Positions 36,283 through 48,941 are shown, counted from the first letter of the stretch. The stretch: 64,000 bases of DNA from Candidatus Marinacidobacterales bacterium (GCA_965237955.1 OZ250169.1:6624001-6688000); one strand, 5' to 3'. A program made the numbers and translations. The notes: a model not told the origin generated them from the sequence alone.

Positions 36283-37727
36283 GGAGGTGCCCCCACCATA
36301 GTTGAAGGTTCGAGGTGGTGGCGGCTCCTGACACATGGTTTACCCGACTTTGGCGTGCTTGTCGAGCGCTTGATTCTCAGTGACCTCCGCTAACTTCGCT
36401 TCGAGGATCGGTAGCGATTGGTATCCAATGATACGACGGAAATTTTTCTCCGTGGCGAGCAGAGCCGAAGCGGCCCATCTCAGAACCATCTTGCCATTGC
36501 GCCAGCGGGTGACGCGACGGGTACGACCTCGCGCACCGCTGAAGCACGACTCGATGATGTTCGTCGACCCAAGGCAGCGTTTCAGAGATGCGGGGAGGTC
36601 GAGCTCGTTGATGGTGAACATCTCGTCGAGCCCCTCCCGGATGCTCTCCGCCGCCGAGGGGTAGTCGTCCTCGAGCCACTTCGCCTGTTGCTCCAACCGC
36701 GCTTTGCCCTTCTTTGCTGGGAGCTGCCAGGCCGAACGCAGGCTCGCTTGCACTTGCGGCTTCAGCTCCTGCGGCAGATAACCGAGCACATTGCGCTCCT
36801 TGTGCTTCCTGCAACGCTGGACCTTGTTGTGGGTACCGAACACAGCGTCGACGGCGACCCGTAGCGCCTTGGAGCCATCGATCACGAACAGCCGACACCG
36901 CTCTGGGCTCAGGCCTCGTTCGACCAGGTCCTCCAGCAGCGCCTTGCACACTATCTGGTTCTCCGATGCTCCATCCCGAAGCCCCAGAACATGCTTGTAT
37001 CCCTCTGTATCTACGCCGATTGCCGCCAGAGCGTGGTGCACGCCGAAGCGAATCCCGTCCAGGTACACGACCGCGATCTCCAGCTCGTCCAGCGGACGCT
37101 CCATCAGCCCCTGCAACTGCTCCGCGCTTGCTTCCACGAACTCACGGCTCACCTCGCTCTTGCTAACCCCTACCGTCTCCGCCATCTCGGGAAGAACCGA
37201 CGCGTACTTGCGCGTCGACACACCCAGCATCAGGATTTCCCAGATGCGTTGGCTCAGCCGAGACGAGTTGTTCACCGCTTCGTAGGCAGGAATCGCAACC
37301 TCCCCTCCCTCTGCCTTTCCCTTACGCCGCAGACGTGGCCGGCTCACTCTCAACTTCCGCTCCGCAAGGCTTACTACGCCACCCTGCCGGCCGTGCCAGC
37401 GAACATCGCTACCCTTCTTCCCCGGGTGTTTCTCCCCAGCCACACTTTGGGCTGACAGATCCAAGACCGCTTCGATCGTCGCTCGGCCAGCAACGTCGAT
37501 CACTTCGTCGATCGCTATCTCGGTTCGCTCAATCGCATCCAAGAACGGCAACAGAGCTTGCCCCTTCGAGCTCAGTATCTCTCGAAGCTTCTTCCTGTTC
37601 TTCGCATCGATGATTTGGTGATTTGACATCGTGGTGGCTCCTTTCTTTTTCCTTCACAGCCGGATTCTATCGAACCCGGCCTTAGGAGCCGCCACTCCTA
37701 ACCTTCAACTATCTCAGGGGCATCTCC
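36283..37727 (-). mobile_element. IS256-family element, copy 1 (1445 bp, 8-bp TSD TGAAATCG)
   Basis: Imperfect terminal IRs GGAGATGCCCC../GGAGGTGCCCC..; TSD at 36275-36282 and 37728-37735. Confidence 0.95.
36340..37629 (-). CDS. IS256-family transposase
   Basis: GVSTRK, YLDG, IDGSKAL, QRCRKH, STNIIES. Confidence 0.95.
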   Translation of the reverse strand: MSNHQIIDAKNRKKLREILSSKGQALLPFLDAIERTEIAIDEVIDVAGRATIEAVLDLSAQSVAGEKHPGKKGSDVRWHGRQGGVVSLAERKLRVSRPRLRRKGKAEGGEVAIPAYEAVNNSSRLSQRIWEILMLGVSTRKYASVLPEMAETVGVSKSEVSREFVEASAEQLQGLMERPLDELEIAVVYLDGIRFGVHHALAAIGVDTEGYKHVLGLRDGASENQIVCKALLEDLVERGLSPERCRLFVIDGSKALRVAVDAVFGTHNKVQRCRKHKERNVLGYLPQELKPQVQASLRSAWQLPAKKGKARLEQQAKWLEDDYPSAAESIREGLDEMFTINELDLPASLKRCLGSTNIIESCFSGARGRTRRVTRWRNGKMVLRWAASALLATEKNFRRIIGYQSLPILEAKLAEVTENQALDKHAKVG

Positions 37728-39655
37728 TGAAATCGTCGCCCGTCGCCATGGCGAAGCGGAATGCGTTGACGATTTCGGCGTCGCCCACGATGCGAGCCTC
37801 GACCACGACGCGTGCGCCACGGTCCTCGCCTCGAATCGAGAGGTGAAGCCCGTGTTGGCCGAGTTGGACGAAGCGCTCGATTTCAGGGAGAAGACGCATC
37901 GCGTCCGCGGGCGCGTCTGGGAGCAAGGAAGTGTGCTCGCCAGCATCGGCTTCCAAATCGAACAGGCTCTCCGAGAACTCCGGCGCCAGATTGCGGACAT
38001 ATTTGTAGCGCTCGCTTCGGACGGAATAGCTCACGTGCTGAGGCGCGACGAGCTCGGCAAACGAGGGCCGGTTCGTCTCGTGCGCGGCTCTCGAGAGCGC
38101 GGGAACGATCTCGCGATTACCCTGGAACGTTTCCGGAGGCTCGATCCCGGCGAGCTGCAGAAGTGTCGGTGCGATATCGACGTTGCTCGTCAGCATCGGG
38201 GAGCGCTCGCCCGCAAACCGTGAGTCGGGAAACTTCAAGATCCCAGGGATGTGTAACGCCTGTTGGTACAGCGTTGTACCGTGGCGAGTCGCACCGTGCT
38301 CGCCGAACTCCTCGCCGTGATCCGCGGTGACGAAGATGGCGGTGTTGTCGTAGAGATCGAGCTCCTTCAAACGGGCGATCAGCTTCCCGAGCTCCCGATC
38401 GTTGTAAGCGAGCTCGTTGTCGTAGAGCTCACGGTCGCGCTCGAGACCGGTGCTGCCTTCGGAAACGAACACTTCGTCGAATGGTGGACGCGCACGGTAT
38501 TCGTAGTGCAGGTCGAGCGAATGGAGGTAGAGAAGGAACGTGTCGTGGCGGTGCTCTTCGAGCCAGGGAGGACTCCGGCGGTGATGTCGGCGGCGTCGGG
38601 CTCGAGCGCGTTCGCATGCGTTCGCGTGGTGCGCTCCTCGAAGCTCCTGAGATCCGCCCAGCGATCGAAACCCTGGTTAAAGAAGAACACTCGCGGATCG
38701 ATGACCGGATTCGCGACCCACGCGGCCGTGGTATAGACCGCACCGCGGAACGCTTCCGCCAACGTCGTCCGCTCCTGGGACAGCGCATCGTCGACGGTGC
38801 GCGCTTGGTGGTAGATCGGAAGCAGCGACGTGAACAGGCACGCCGTCGACGGCTTCGTCCACGGTGCGCACGACGCGAGATCCTCGAAAACGACACTATC
38901 GGTGGCGAGCGCGTCGAGCTCGGGTGTCGTCGGCAGCTCATAGCCGTACGCGCCGACGTGATCGGCACGCAAGCAATCGATGACGTACACGATGACGTTC
39001 GGCCGCGATGGGTCATCGGCCCGTCCGAGCACCTCGGGGTGCGCGAGCATCACCGTGCCCTCGCCGTCGAAGGCAAGCTCGAGCTCCATCGACTCGTTCG
39101 AGAACGCTTCGAGGTCGATGTTCTCGTCGACCCAGTCGCGAGCCTCTTCCCAAGCTCTTTCGTAGGCAAGCTCGCCGTTCACCGTCAACGTCACCGACAC
39201 GGCGGCCTCGGGTGGACGTATGGCGAGACCGAACCGAAACCGCGGCGAGCGGACACCGTCGCTCCGAAAAGCGATGCGCGCCGGCGCCTCGAGAACCACG
39301 CTCGGCCGGCGGTCACCGTGGATGGCGGCGTCGCGCACTTCGGACGGAGTGCGGGTGCCAGCGACGACGGCATCGAAACGCCCCATGCCCGATGCGTCGA
39401 CTTCGCTCATGTCCACGAGACGTTGGTGGACGCTGTAGCGGGACGTGAACGGGTTGCAGCCGGCGGTCACCAGCAGAGCTAGGGCGAGGAGTCTCGGCAC
39501 TCGGCGGATGGTAGACGGACCGACCGGCGCGCGCAAGCCGGGCGTGTAAAGGCGAGCCGGGATGCGGCCGACGCATGACGGATATTGCGGGATGAGTTGC
39601 GCCAGAGCTAATATCGCGAGACTGAAGTCCAATCTCAGAAGTAAGGCGGTCCGCA

Positions 39656-41638
39656 ATGTCCATCCTCAAACTGATCCCCCGTTTCACTTTCGTCCTCCTG
39701 ACGCTTCTTGTGGGCGCTCCCGGCCTCCTGGTCGCACAACGGCGCGCACCGCTGACGCCGGAGCAGAAAGCACAACGTGCAGAGCTCGAGGAAGAGCTCC
39801 AGGAGATCGCCGTCGTCGACCGCAAAGTGATGGTGCCCATGCGCGACGGCGTCCGCCTCGCGACCGACATCTACCGGCCGAGAAACGCAACCGGGACGGT
39901 GCCCATCATCTGGTCCCGTACTCCTTACAACTTCAACTTCTGGGACGTCAAGAACCACGTGCCCGCGGACATGGCGCGCGCACTCACCGCCGTGAAGCAC
40001 GGCTACGCGTATGTCGTCCAGAACGAGCGCGGGCACTTCTTCTCCGAGGGCAACTACGACATCCTCGGCGCTCCCATCACCGACGGTTACGATGCGCTCG
40101 CGTGGATGCAGGAGCAGCCGTGGTCGAACGGGAAAGTCGGAACAACGGGCTGCTCATCAACGGCGGAGTACCAGATGGCGGTCGCGTCGATGGGTCATCC
40201 GGCCTTTGCCGCGATGAACGTGCAGGGTTTTGGCGCGGGCGTGGGTCGCGTCGGGCCGTACTACGAGCAGGGCAACTGGTATCGCGGCGGCGCCATCCAG
40301 ATGCTCTTCATCGCGTGGTTGTACGGTCAACAGAATCAGGTGCGGCCGATGTTCCCGGAGGACACGGGCTCAGAGAACCTCGCCGCCGCCGCACGGATGT
40401 TCGACCTGGCCCCGCAGATGCCCCCGGTGGATTGGAGCAAGGCACTGACGCATCTTCCGGTGCAGGACATCATTCAAAACGCCCAGGGCCCGCGGGGGAT
40501 TTTCGCGGATCCGATGCCGGTGGACACGGGCGGACGTCTGATTCAACGCGCACCGAACGACCCGACCTGGTACAAGGGCGGCCTGTGGCACGATGATATG
40601 CAGCTCGAAGTGCCCGGCCTGTGGTTTATGTCCTGGTACGACGTGTCGATCGGCCCGAACCTGGCGATGTACAGCCACGTGAGGAACAACGCGTCTCCCG
40701 CGATCGCCGACCAGCAGTGGGCGATCGTGGCACCGGTGGCGCACTGCGCGTTCCGACGCGCTACCAAGGATACTGTAGTGGGCGAGCGCAGCATGGGCGA
40801 CGCGCGCCTGGACTACGAAGAGATCGTCTTCGGCTTCTTCGATCGCTTCTTGAAGGGCGAGGCAAGCACACGACTCGACACCCTGCCGAAAGTCACCTAC
40901 TTCACGATGGGCTCGAACGAGTGGCAGTCATCCAACACGTGGCCGCCCGAGGGAGCCGAGGAATTGACGCTCTACTTGTCGAGTGGTGGAAAAGCGAACT
41001 CGCTCTATGGTGACGGGGAACTGGCCGCGGCGCCGCCGGACGCCGACCGGCCGGACTCGTTCGTCTACGACCCCATGAACGCCGTGCCGTCCTATGGCGG
41101 CAACGTCTGTTGCGCTGGCAACGCCGTCCAGGCCGGCTCGTTCGACCAGCGCAAGATGGAGGCGAGGCAGGACATCCTCGTCTATACCACTGAGCCGTTC
41201 CCCGATGGCATCGAAGTGAGCGGCTCGATCACGCCCACGCTCTACGTATCGTCCGACGCCAAGGACACCGATTTCACCCTGAAGGTCCTGGACGTCTATC
41301 CGGACGGAAGCGTTTACAACCTCGACGAGACCATTCAGCGAATGCGCTACCGCGACGGCTACGACAAACCGCTCGCGTGGATGGAGAAGGGCGAGGTCCA
41401 CAAGGTGACGCTACAACCGCTCAACACGAGCAACTACTTCGCCCCCGGCCACCGCCTGCGCATCGAGGTTTCGAGCAGCAACTTCCCGCGCTTCGATCGC
41501 AACCTGAACACCGGCGGCAACAACTACGACGAGTGGAGCGCCGTGGTGGCGAGAAACGCCGTGCACCACTCCAAACAGTACCCGTCGAGTATCACGATCA
41601 CGGTGATCCAAACCGAGAGCCCGGCGTCCCAGCCCTAG
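39656..41638 (+). CDS. CocE/NonD family hydrolase (exported)
   Basis: [22 protein letters not shown] nucleophile elbow, [14 protein letters not shown]. Confidence 0.92.
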   Translation: MSILKLIPRFTFVLLTLLVGAPGLLVAQRRAPLTPEQKAQRAELEEELQEIAVVDRKVMVPMRDGVRLATDIYRPRNATGTVPIIWSRTPYNFNFWDVKNHVPADMARALTAVKHGYAYVVQNERGHFFSEGNYDILGAPITDGYDALAWMQEQPWSNGKVGTTGCSSTAEYQMAVASMGHPAFAAMNVQGFGAGVGRVGPYYEQGNWYRGGAIQMLFIAWLYGQQNQVRPMFPEDTGSENLAAAARMFDLAPQMPPVDWSKALTHLPVQDIIQNAQGPRGIFADPMPVDTGGRLIQRAPNDPTWYKGGLWHDDMQLEVPGLWFMSWYDVSIGPNLAMYSHVRNNASPAIADQQWAIVAPVAHCAFRRATKDTVVGERSMGDARLDYEEIVFGFFDRFLKGEASTRLDTLPKVTYFTMGSNEWQSSNTWPPEGAEELTLYLSSGGKANSLYGDGELAAAPPDADRPDSFVYDPMNAVPSYGGNVCCAGNAVQAGSFDQRKMEARQDILVYTTEPFPDGIEVSGSITPTLYVSSDAKDTDFTLKVLDVYPDGSVYNLDETIQRMRYRDGYDKPLAWMEKGEVHKVTLQPLNTSNYFAPGHRLRIEVSSSNFPRFDRNLNTGGNNYDEWSAVVARNAVHHSKQYPSSITITVIQTESPASQP

Positions 41639-41675
41639 AGGCTTTCAAGGTCGATTCGAGTGCGGCGATGGAGCG

Positions 41676-41721
41676 CTTGGCGCTGTGCGCCTCGGCGACT
41701 TTGCGTTTCTTCTTTGCGTTT
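41676..41721. repeat. Octamer-periodic short repeat between convergent genes
   Basis: cttggcg ctgtgcgc ctcggcga ctttgcgt..tttgcgtt, same type as 31823-31854. Confidence 0.45.
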
Positions 41722-43327
41722 AGAGCTGGATCTGGACGAGGTCAGGCTCTTCCACACCTTTACAGACGCGGCAGGTCTTGGACTCGAGGACGTCTTCCCA
41801 CATCGTCGTGCGCAGACGACGCCATTTCTCGCCCGTCCAAATCTCTTCGATGGATTGTTCGTGAACGTTTCCCATGTTCAGCGTGCCTTCGTAATCCGTG
41901 CAGCACACGGTGACGGTGCCGTCCCACAGGATCACGAACTGTTCGTTCGGCGCGGGGCAATAGCCGTCGACTTTCTGCTTCACGGCTTCACCCTGGATGA
42001 TGTTGCCCCAGGTGTGGAGCTCTTTCCAAAGAATGTCGACGCCAGGGAGGATCTCGTAGCGGCCGGTGTCGGCGTCGTGCTCGAGGAAACGGAACCCGCC
42101 GTCGACGAAGTTGATATCGTGCCGCTTCGGCGGTAACCCGAACTTGCGCTCGATCGAGCGTGCAAACGAGATCCAATCGAGCATGACCCGGTCCGCCTGG
42201 CTGTTCGAGCCCACAATTCGGATCTCCGGTGAGCCGAGCGTGTTCATGATGTCGATCTCGAGCTTGGTGGAAGCACCTTTGGCGATCTTCCGCTCGACCG
42301 CCATGCGCACCTTCTCGAGATAGATGTCGAACGTCAGCTTCTTGTTCTTGGCTTTGCGCGTCTCGAACGACTCCTCGTCGGGCGTCTGGTAGCTGAGGAT
42401 GAAACTGGTCAGCCCCGCGTCGTAGAGGCCGTCGACGAGCTCCTCGGTGAGCAGGCTGCAGTTCGTGTTGAGCTCGATGGGAAGCCCCTTCTCCTGCTCG
42501 GCATAGCGAACGATGTCGACGAGGCGTGGGTGGATCGAAGGCTCTCCCATTTGGTGGAGCTTGATCGGGTAGAGCGGACCTAAACGGTGTTTTTCACGAG
42601 CGACTTGGTCGAATATCTTGCGCGCGTCGTCGTAGTCCATCATGCCGCGCTCGCGTTCCATGATCTCGTCGGGGCAGAACGTGCAGTGGAAATTGCAGAG
42701 GTTCGTGATCTCCACGAAGAGCCACCATATCGGGTACACGCGCTCCGGCGATTTGCGGATAGAAGGAAGCGGCGCGATTTCGGGAAACGCCGACAAATCG
42801 TCGGACATTTCTTTGTCGTCTTTGTCTGGGGCCCTTACCGAGACGCGTCCGACGTGAAAGTCCTGCCGGATCTCCATTCGGAAGCTCGCATCGACGTTTT
42901 GCACTCTTTTTGGATCGAAATCGAAATCCTCGATGATGAACAGCGCCTTCTTCCATGCCGGCTCATCGAGCGCGACGCCGTCCCAACGCTGCTCGGCTTC
43001 TTTGTAAAGGCCTTCGTAGGGAGCGTCGTGATCGGTGGACACGTATTGGAGACGAAACGGCGCGAACTCCCTTCCGTAGTAGTCGACTTCGATGACGGTG
43101 CGTGCGCCGAGCTGCTCGCGCAACTCGCTGTGAACCCAATAGTAGAGGTACTGTGACCACGCCTCGGGCGTGACCGCGGCGCGCCCTCCCTTTTCGACGA
43201 TGTCGTAGCGTCCATCGCCTTCGTTCACGAGACGAAGGAGCGCGCTCCCCTCGTCCGGCAGAACGAGCTCGGCGCCCACCGAAGCCGCCCCTCGTCCGAG
43301 AACGCGATCAAGCAGAGTCGCCATCAT
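41720..43327 (-). CDS. Radical SAM protein with SPASM/twitch domain and a ~200-aa N-terminal beta-sandwich-like extension
   Basis: CNFHCTFC, HQMGEP, NTN; C-terminal CPAP...VCCTD...CRVC. Confidence 0.88.
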   Translation of the reverse strand: MMATLLDRVLGRGAASVGAELVLPDEGSALLRLVNEGDGRYDIVEKGGRAAVTPEAWSQYLYYWVHSELREQLGARTVIEVDYYGREFAPFRLQYVSTDHDAPYEGLYKEAEQRWDGVALDEPAWKKALFIIEDFDFDPKRVQNVDASFRMEIRQDFHVGRVSVRAPDKDDKEMSDDLSAFPEIAPLPSIRKSPERVYPIWWLFVEITNLCNFHCTFCPDEIMERERGMMDYDDARKIFDQVAREKHRLGPLYPIKLHQMGEPSIHPRLVDIVRYAEQEKGLPIELNTNCSLLTEELVDGLYDAGLTSFILSYQTPDEESFETRKAKNKKLTFDIYLEKVRMAVERKIAKGASTKLEIDIMNTLGSPEIRIVGSNSQADRVMLDWISFARSIERKFGLPPKRHDINFVDGGFRFLEHDADTGRYEILPGVDILWKELHTWGNIIQGEAVKQKVDGYCPAPNEQFVILWDGTVTVCCTDYEGTLNMGNVHEQSIEEIWTGEKWRRLRTTMWEDVLESKTCRVCKGVEEPDLVQIQL

Positions 43328-44336
43328 CGGTCTCCGGGTCGTCGCGCGGGCCAAAAAAGCTCGCGACAATCTCGTCTATCCATGGCTCAATGGCATAGTA
43401 CACCTGATTGCGAGCGTTGAACTTGTAGATATAGCTTTTTTCGTCCTCGACGAAATAGACGGTCCGCTCAAGGTAGTCCGCGAGCTGGGTCTCGACGTAG
43501 TAGAGCGTCGAGATGGCCCCCACGTCCTCCAGAACTTCGTGCCGCACGAGCCGGTAAGTGTCACCGAGGAGCTCGGTCCGCTCGGCATAGAACAGCTCGA
43601 CGGTCGTTTCTGGCGCCACCTTGTTGACGGTAACCTCGAGGGTCGCGTGCACGGTGGCGCCTTCTTTCTCGACCGCGAGCGGCGTGCTTCGAAAACCGAC
43701 GAACAGCGATTCGCCCGAATCCGCCGCGGTATGGGTGCGCTCCCAGCTGCGCGGGTGTTTGATGACGATGTCGCCGCCGGGAGCCACATACGCTTCGAAG
43801 AACTCACCTCGCTCCAGCGAGAACTCGTCGAACATACGCACGATGGCCTCGTCGTAAGCCTCGAGCGTTCTCGCCTCGCCTCGGACGTACAAGCCGTAGA
43901 GCGTTCCGTCGACGTCGGTCAGCATCAAGCGCGAGCTCTCTTCGCCGTCGTCAGAGAGGAAACTCCAGAACTTGCCTTCCCGCCCCTCCAGCTCGTACAT
44001 TTCTTCGACCTCGACGTTGAGTCCACCTTTGAATCGCTCGGCAACGTCGTCGACCACACCGTCGGGCATCGGACCAGCCAACACCTGAGCGCGTATCCCC
44101 GCTCGCTCGGAAACGTCGACGGAGCGACCCGTGAACGTTTGCATGTGGAAGCCGCCTTGCTGTGTAGCCTCGTCCGCGGTCCACCCTTGAGGCAACGGGA
44201 ACGAGACCTTCAACGACGGGTTGTAGACGGTGATGAGCGCAGGCGTGGCGCGGATCTCGCAGCCAACGAGCGCAAGCGCTATCAGCGGCAGAGCGAAGGC
44301 CACCCGAGCTCGTGCAAGCATGGCATGTCCATCCAT
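43308..44336 (-). CDS. Hypothetical lipoprotein with two PsbP/DcrB-like repeats
   Basis: LVGC lipobox; repeated SFPLPQGW / IKHPRSW modules. Confidence 0.7.
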   Translation of the reverse strand: MDGHAMLARARVAFALPLIALALVGCEIRATPALITVYNPSLKVSFPLPQGWTADEATQQGGFHMQTFTGRSVDVSERAGIRAQVLAGPMPDGVVDDVAERFKGGLNVEVEEMYELEGREGKFWSFLSDDGEESSRLMLTDVDGTLYGLYVRGEARTLEAYDEAIVRMFDEFSLERGEFFEAYVAPGGDIVIKHPRSWERTHTAADSGESLFVGFRSTPLAVEKEGATVHATLEVTVNKVAPETTVELFYAERTELLGDTYRLVRHEVLEDVGAISTLYYVETQLADYLERTVYFVEDEKSYIYKFNARNQVYYAIEPWIDEIVASFFGPRDDPETDDGDSA

Positions 44337-45793
44337 CAGTCCAGCTGATAGTTCGGTGCTTCCTTTGTGATGATGACGTCGTGAACGTGGCCTTCGCGAT
44401 GTCCCGCGGCGGTCACCCGGACGAATTTTGCTTTCTTCTGGAGCTCGGGGATGCTATCGGCGCCGCAATAACCCATGCCGGAGCGCAACCCGCCGACGAG
44501 CTGATCGACGACGCCGTGGAGAGCACCTTTGTAGGGAACACGGCCTTCGATCCCCTCGGCAACGAGCTTTTCGGTCTCGACGTCCTGCTGGAAGTAGCGG
44601 TCCTTGGTCGCATCGCTCATCGCACCTAACGAGCCCATGCCCCGATACGTCTTGAACGTGCGGCCTTGATAGAGGATCTGTTCTCCCGGACTTTCCGCGG
44701 TTCCCGCAAAGAGACTACCGATCATCACGCACTGCGCACCTGCGGCAATCGCTTTCACGACATCGCCGCTGAACCTGATCCCGCCGTCGGCGATGAGCGG
44801 CACGTCGTGCTTCGCCGCCACCTCGGCGCAGTCGAGGATCGCCGTCATTTGCGGCATGCCCGCGCCAGAGATGATACGCGTCGTACAAATCGAGCCCGGC
44901 CCCATGCCTATCTTGACCGCATCGACGCCGGCGCTGATGAGATCCGCCGCCGCCGCGCCGGTCCCGACGTTGCCGGCAACGATATCCACACCCGAGACGA
45001 TACCGCGAAGCTTCTCGACGGTCTCGAGCACGCCGCGGCTATGGCCGTGAGCCGTGTCGACGACGATGACGTCGGCTTTCGCATCGATGAGAAGCTTGGC
45101 CCGTTCGAGGGCTTCGTCTCCTACGCCGATCGCGGCGCCTACGAGGAGACGGCCGAGATCGTCCTTCGCGGAGTTGGGGTACTTCATCGCCTTTTGGATG
45201 TCTTTGACAGTGATGAGCCCCTTCAGCTGGTAGTCCTCGTCGACAACGAGAAGTTTTTCGACACGATGTTCGTGAAGAAGAGCACGCGCCTCATCGAGCG
45301 TCGTTCCCACCGCCACTGTGATCAAGTTCTCCTTGGTCATGACATCGGAGATCGGAAGCTCGAGTCTCGTCTCGAACCGAAGATCCCGATTGGTGAGGAT
45401 GCCCAGGAGCCGCCCGCCATCCGTGATCGGTACGCCGGAAATGCGGTATTTCGACATCAGCGCGAGCGCATCCGAGATCGGCCGATCGGCACCGATAGTG
45501 ATCGGGTCGACGATCATGCCGCTCTCCGAGCGTTTGACCTTGTCGATTTCGTCCGCCTGGTCCTCGGGCGCAACGTTTCGATGGACGATGCCGAGCCCGC
45601 CGAGCTGCGCAATAGCGATCGCGAGTCGCGACTCCGTCACCGTATCCATGCTCGCGCTCACGATGGGAATCTTGAGGCGAATGTTGCGCGTGATCCGAGT
45701 CGTGACGTCGACCTGAGACGGCAAAACGTCGGATTTTTGGGGGACGAGTAGAACGTCTTCGAATGTAAGGGCTTCTTTGAAGTTCTCTCTCAC
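44336..45793 (-). CDS. guaB: IMP dehydrogenase
   Basis: [12 protein letters not shown] pair, [27 protein letters not shown]. Confidence 0.98.
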   Translation of the reverse strand: MRENFKEALTFEDVLLVPQKSDVLPSQVDVTTRITRNIRLKIPIVSASMDTVTESRLAIAIAQLGGLGIVHRNVAPEDQADEIDKVKRSESGMIVDPITIGADRPISDALALMSKYRISGVPITDGGRLLGILTNRDLRFETRLELPISDVMTKENLITVAVGTTLDEARALLHEHRVEKLLVVDEDYQLKGLITVKDIQKAMKYPNSAKDDLGRLLVGAAIGVGDEALERAKLLIDAKADVIVVDTAHGHSRGVLETVEKLRGIVSGVDIVAGNVGTGAAAADLISAGVDAVKIGMGPGSICTTRIISGAGMPQMTAILDCAEVAAKHDVPLIADGGIRFSGDVVKAIAAGAQCVMIGSLFAGTAESPGEQILYQGRTFKTYRGMGSLGAMSDATKDRYFQQDVETEKLVAEGIEGRVPYKGALHGVVDQLVGGLRSGMGYCGADSIPELQKKAKFVRVTAAGHREGHVHDVIITKEAPNYQLD

Positions 45794-45820
45794 GGAAACC
45801 TTTTCACGCTAACGTGCCGC

Positions 45821-48592
45821 TCAGCCGGCCGCACCACAGCACTTCTTGTACTTCTTGCCACTCCCGCAGGGACAGGGTGCGTTCCGGCCGACCTTGGCCG
45901 TGGAACGCTTGACGGTGGTGACGGCCGCATCGACACCGCCTTGCGATTCCCGTCGCGGACCGACCGAGCTTGGCCCGTCGAAGGCCGACAGGGTGGCGGC
46001 GGGATCATTGAAAGACAGACGCGACGGCCGCATCGGTGGAGCCGATGCGAACGCCGGCTCTCGCACCGGCTGCAGCAAGAACAGGATCCGGACGATCTCG
46101 TCTTCGACGCGATACCACATCGCCTTGAACATGCTGAAGCTTTCCTTTTTGTACTCCATGAGCGGATCGCGCTGGCCGTAGCCCCTGAGGCCAATCCCCT
46201 CTTTGAGGTGATCCATAGCATACAGATGATCTTTCCACTGCGAATCGACGACCTGCAACATGATGATGCGCTCGTGGGTGCGCATCAGATCGGGACCAAT
46301 CGCCGTCTCCTTGTTCTCGTATTTCTCGTGGATCCTCTTGGTGAGCTCTTCCTCAATCTCGTTCCGGTTCAGCCCGTCCCAATCGATTTGAGCGAGCGTG
46401 GTGGCGTTGAACCCGTATTGAGCGGAGACCGCCGTCCGAAATCCGTCGAGATCCCATTCCTCGACGTTGAGGTCCGCCGCCAAGTGCTGGTCGAGGAGGT
46501 CGTCGAGAATCTTATCCGCAAGCTCGAGGATGTATTCGCGCTGCTCTTTCCCGTCTAGAATGTCGCGGCGCAGACGGTAGATGGCGACGCGCTGCTTGTT
46601 CATCACGTCGTCGTATTCGAGCAGATGTTTGCGGATGGAGAAGTTCTGGCCCTCGACTTGTTTCTGGGCTCGCTCGATGGCGTTGGTCACCATTTTGTGC
46701 TCGATGGGAACACCCTCTTCCATGCCCATCTTCTGCATGAGACCGCTGATGCGATCGCTCCCGAAAATACGCATCAAATCGTCTTCGAGGGAGAGGAAAA
46801 AGCGCGAGCTTCCAGGATCGCCCTGGCGTCCGGCACGACCTCGAAGCTGGTTGTCGATGCGCCGTGATTCGTGCCGCTCGGTTGCAAGGATGTGAAGACC
46901 TTCAGCCTCGACGACGTCTTCGTGCGCCTCTGCGGCCTCTTTTTTTGCAACCTCGAGGGCTTCCTCCCACACCTCCGGCTCGACTTCCATCGGATCGAGC
47001 TTCTTTTTCTTGAGCGCGACCCGCGCCGCATACTCGGGGTTACCGCCGAGAAGAATATCGGTGCCGCGCCCGGCCATGTTGGTGGCGATGGTCACCGCAC
47101 TCGGACGACCCGCCTGCGCGACGATCTCCGCTTCCATCTGGTGGTATTTGGCGTTGAGGACGACGTGTTTGATACCGCTTCGCTTGAGCACCTGGGAGAG
47201 CTTCTCACTCTTGCCGATCGACGTCGTACCGACGAGAGTCGGACGCCCAGCATCGACCATCTCACGAATCTCTTCGGCGATGGCGGTCAGCTTCTCCCGC
47301 TCCGTCCGGTACACCAGGTCGGCGTACTCGTGTCGGATGAGCGTGCGATTCGTCGGGACAGGAATGACCTCGAGCTCGTAGATCTTCTCGAACTCCGCCG
47401 CTTCCGTCTCCGCGGTACCCGTCATCCCCGCAAGCTTGTCGTACATGCGGAAGTAGTTCTGAAACGTGATCGTCGCGAGCGTCTGGTTCTCCCGCTCGAT
47501 CTTGACGTGCTCTTTCGCTTCGACCGCTTGGTGAAGACCGTCCGACCAGCGCCGGCCCGGCATGAGACGGCCGGTGAACTCGTCCACGATGACGACCTGG
47601 TTGTCCTTGATCATGTAGTCGATATCGCGCTTGTAGAGCGTGTGGGCCCGGAGCGCCTGATACACATGGTGCAGGATGTGCATCTGCTCCGGGTCGTAGA
47701 CGTTGTCGACACCGAGGAGCTTCTCGACGCTCGGAACTCCGTCTTCGGTCAGCGTCACCGTGCGGGTCTTCTCGTCGACGGTGAAGTCGAGATCACGGCG
47801 AAGTTTGGGGATGATCTGGTCCACTTTGTAGTAGAGATCCGTCGACTCTTCCGCCGGACCGCTAATAATGAGGGGAGTCCGGGCCTCGTCGATGAGGATC
47901 GAGTCCACCTCGTCCACGATGGCGAAGTGGAAGAGCTTTTCGACTTCCTTGCCGTCAGCGGATTTCCTGACCTTGGGAAACAGCTGGTGCACGTACAACG
48001 ACGGGTCGAACTTCATGTTGTCGCGCAGATAGTCGAAGCCGAGCTCGTTGTTCGTTCCGTAACTGACGTCGCAGCGATAGGCCTCTTGCCGCTCGATGTC
48101 CGTCATATCGTGCTGGATGATGCCCACACTCAGACCGAGAAACTTGTAGAGCTTCCCCATCCACTCGGCATCGCGGCGGGCAAGGTAATCGTTGACGGTG
48201 ACAACGTGAGCGCCTTTGCCGGTGAGCGCGTTCAGATAAATCGGAAGCGTCGCCACGAGGGTCTTGCCCTCACCCGTCTTCATCTCGGCGATCTTGCCCT
48301 GGTGGAGCACCATGCCGCCGATGAGCTGGACGTCGAAGTGGCGCATCTCGAGCACGCGCCAGCTCGCCTCGCGTGCGACAGCAAAGACTTCGGGCAGGAG
48401 GTCGTCGAGGGTCTCGCCCTTCTCGAGCCGGGCCTTGAACTCCGTCGTTTTCGCTGCGAGCTCATCGTCGGACAGTGCTTTGATGGACGGCTCGAGCTCG
48501 TTGATGACCTCGACGCTCGGCCACATCTTCTTGAGCTCGCGCTCGGAGTTGCTCCCGAAGACTTTGGTGAGAATCGTGTTAACAACAGACAT
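45821..48592 (-). CDS. secA: Preprotein translocase subunit SecA
   Basis: [60 protein letters not shown]. Confidence 0.99.
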   Translation of the reverse strand: MSVVNTILTKVFGSNSERELKKMWPSVEVINELEPSIKALSDDELAAKTTEFKARLEKGETLDDLLPEVFAVAREASWRVLEMRHFDVQLIGGMVLHQGKIAEMKTGEGKTLVATLPIYLNALTGKGAHVVTVNDYLARRDAEWMGKLYKFLGLSVGIIQHDMTDIERQEAYRCDVSYGTNNELGFDYLRDNMKFDPSLYVHQLFPKVRKSADGKEVEKLFHFAIVDEVDSILIDEARTPLIISGPAEESTDLYYKVDQIIPKLRRDLDFTVDEKTRTVTLTEDGVPSVEKLLGVDNVYDPEQMHILHHVYQALRAHTLYKRDIDYMIKDNQVVIVDEFTGRLMPGRRWSDGLHQAVEAKEHVKIERENQTLATITFQNYFRMYDKLAGMTGTAETEAAEFEKIYELEVIPVPTNRTLIRHEYADLVYRTEREKLTAIAEEIREMVDAGRPTLVGTTSIGKSEKLSQVLKRSGIKHVVLNAKYHQMEAEIVAQAGRPSAVTIATNMAGRGTDILLGGNPEYAARVALKKKKLDPMEVEPEVWEEALEVAKKEAAEAHEDVVEAEGLHILATERHESRRIDNQLRGRAGRQGDPGSSRFFLSLEDDLMRIFGSDRISGLMQKMGMEEGVPIEHKMVTNAIERAQKQVEGQNFSIRKHLLEYDDVMNKQRVAIYRLRRDILDGKEQREYILELADKILDDLLDQHLAADLNVEEWDLDGFRTAVSAQYGFNATTLAQIDWDGLNRNEIEEELTKRIHEKYENKETAIGPDLMRTHERIIMLQVVDSQWKDHLYAMDHLKEGIGLRGYGQRDPLMEYKKESFSMFKAMWYRVEDEIVRILFLLQPVREPAFASAPPMRPSRLSFNDPAATLSAFDGPSSVGPRRESQGGVDAAVTTVKRSTAKVGRNAPCPCGSGKKYKKCCGAAG

Positions 48593-48664
48593 AAGAACGC
48601 ATAGGCCCTAGTTGAAAATATCTTAGTCTAACAGAGGGGTTTGGACCGGGCAAACCCACGGGAC

Positions 48665-48780
48665 ATCACCGGTTCGATACGAAAACGCTTGCGCCCTTCG
48701 ATGCGATAGACGGAGAAGTCTCGTCGATCGGTGGTAAAGACGCGGTCGGTGCCAAGCTCTTCCGCAAGCACCAGACAACG
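48665..48780 (-). pseudogene. 3' remnant of a PIN/VapC toxin gene
   Basis: LVLAEELGTDRVFTTDRRDFSVYRIEGRKRF. Confidence 0.6.
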
Positions 48781-48941
48781 TCTATTGGGAGAGCCACGAC
48801 ATCGTACGCATGGTCGCGGCCCTCCCAGGCCTCGAGAAGGAGTCACTCGAGGCGCGCGTCGAAGAGCTCACCCGCGAGTACAGCGAGCTATCCGACCTAA
48901 ATCAGGCCTCGAAGCCCGACAACGAAATCCCGCTCGCGTGA
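48780..48941 (+). pseudogene. 3' remnant of an unidentified gene
   Basis: VYWESHDIVRMVAAL...EYSELSD...DNEIPLA* with coding-like codon usage and no start. Confidence 0.4.

Larger units (their letters stand above)
35959..39500 (-). pseudogene. Sulfatase-like lipoprotein gene disrupted by IS256 and two frameshifts
   Basis: GTG 39500, TAGC lipobox, DCLRADH, PWTKPS; frameshift ~38565 (LPWLEEH), ADHGEEF, IS at 36283-37727, frameshift ~36185, tail NLKALGYIQ*. Confidence 0.85.

Noticed and set aside
46871-48604. Long shadow ORFs (577 aa here; also 20565..22010, 20302..21546, 59573..60919, 8052..9095)
   Set aside because: Antisense or off-frame shadows of well-supported genes in GC-rich DNA, with no motifs.
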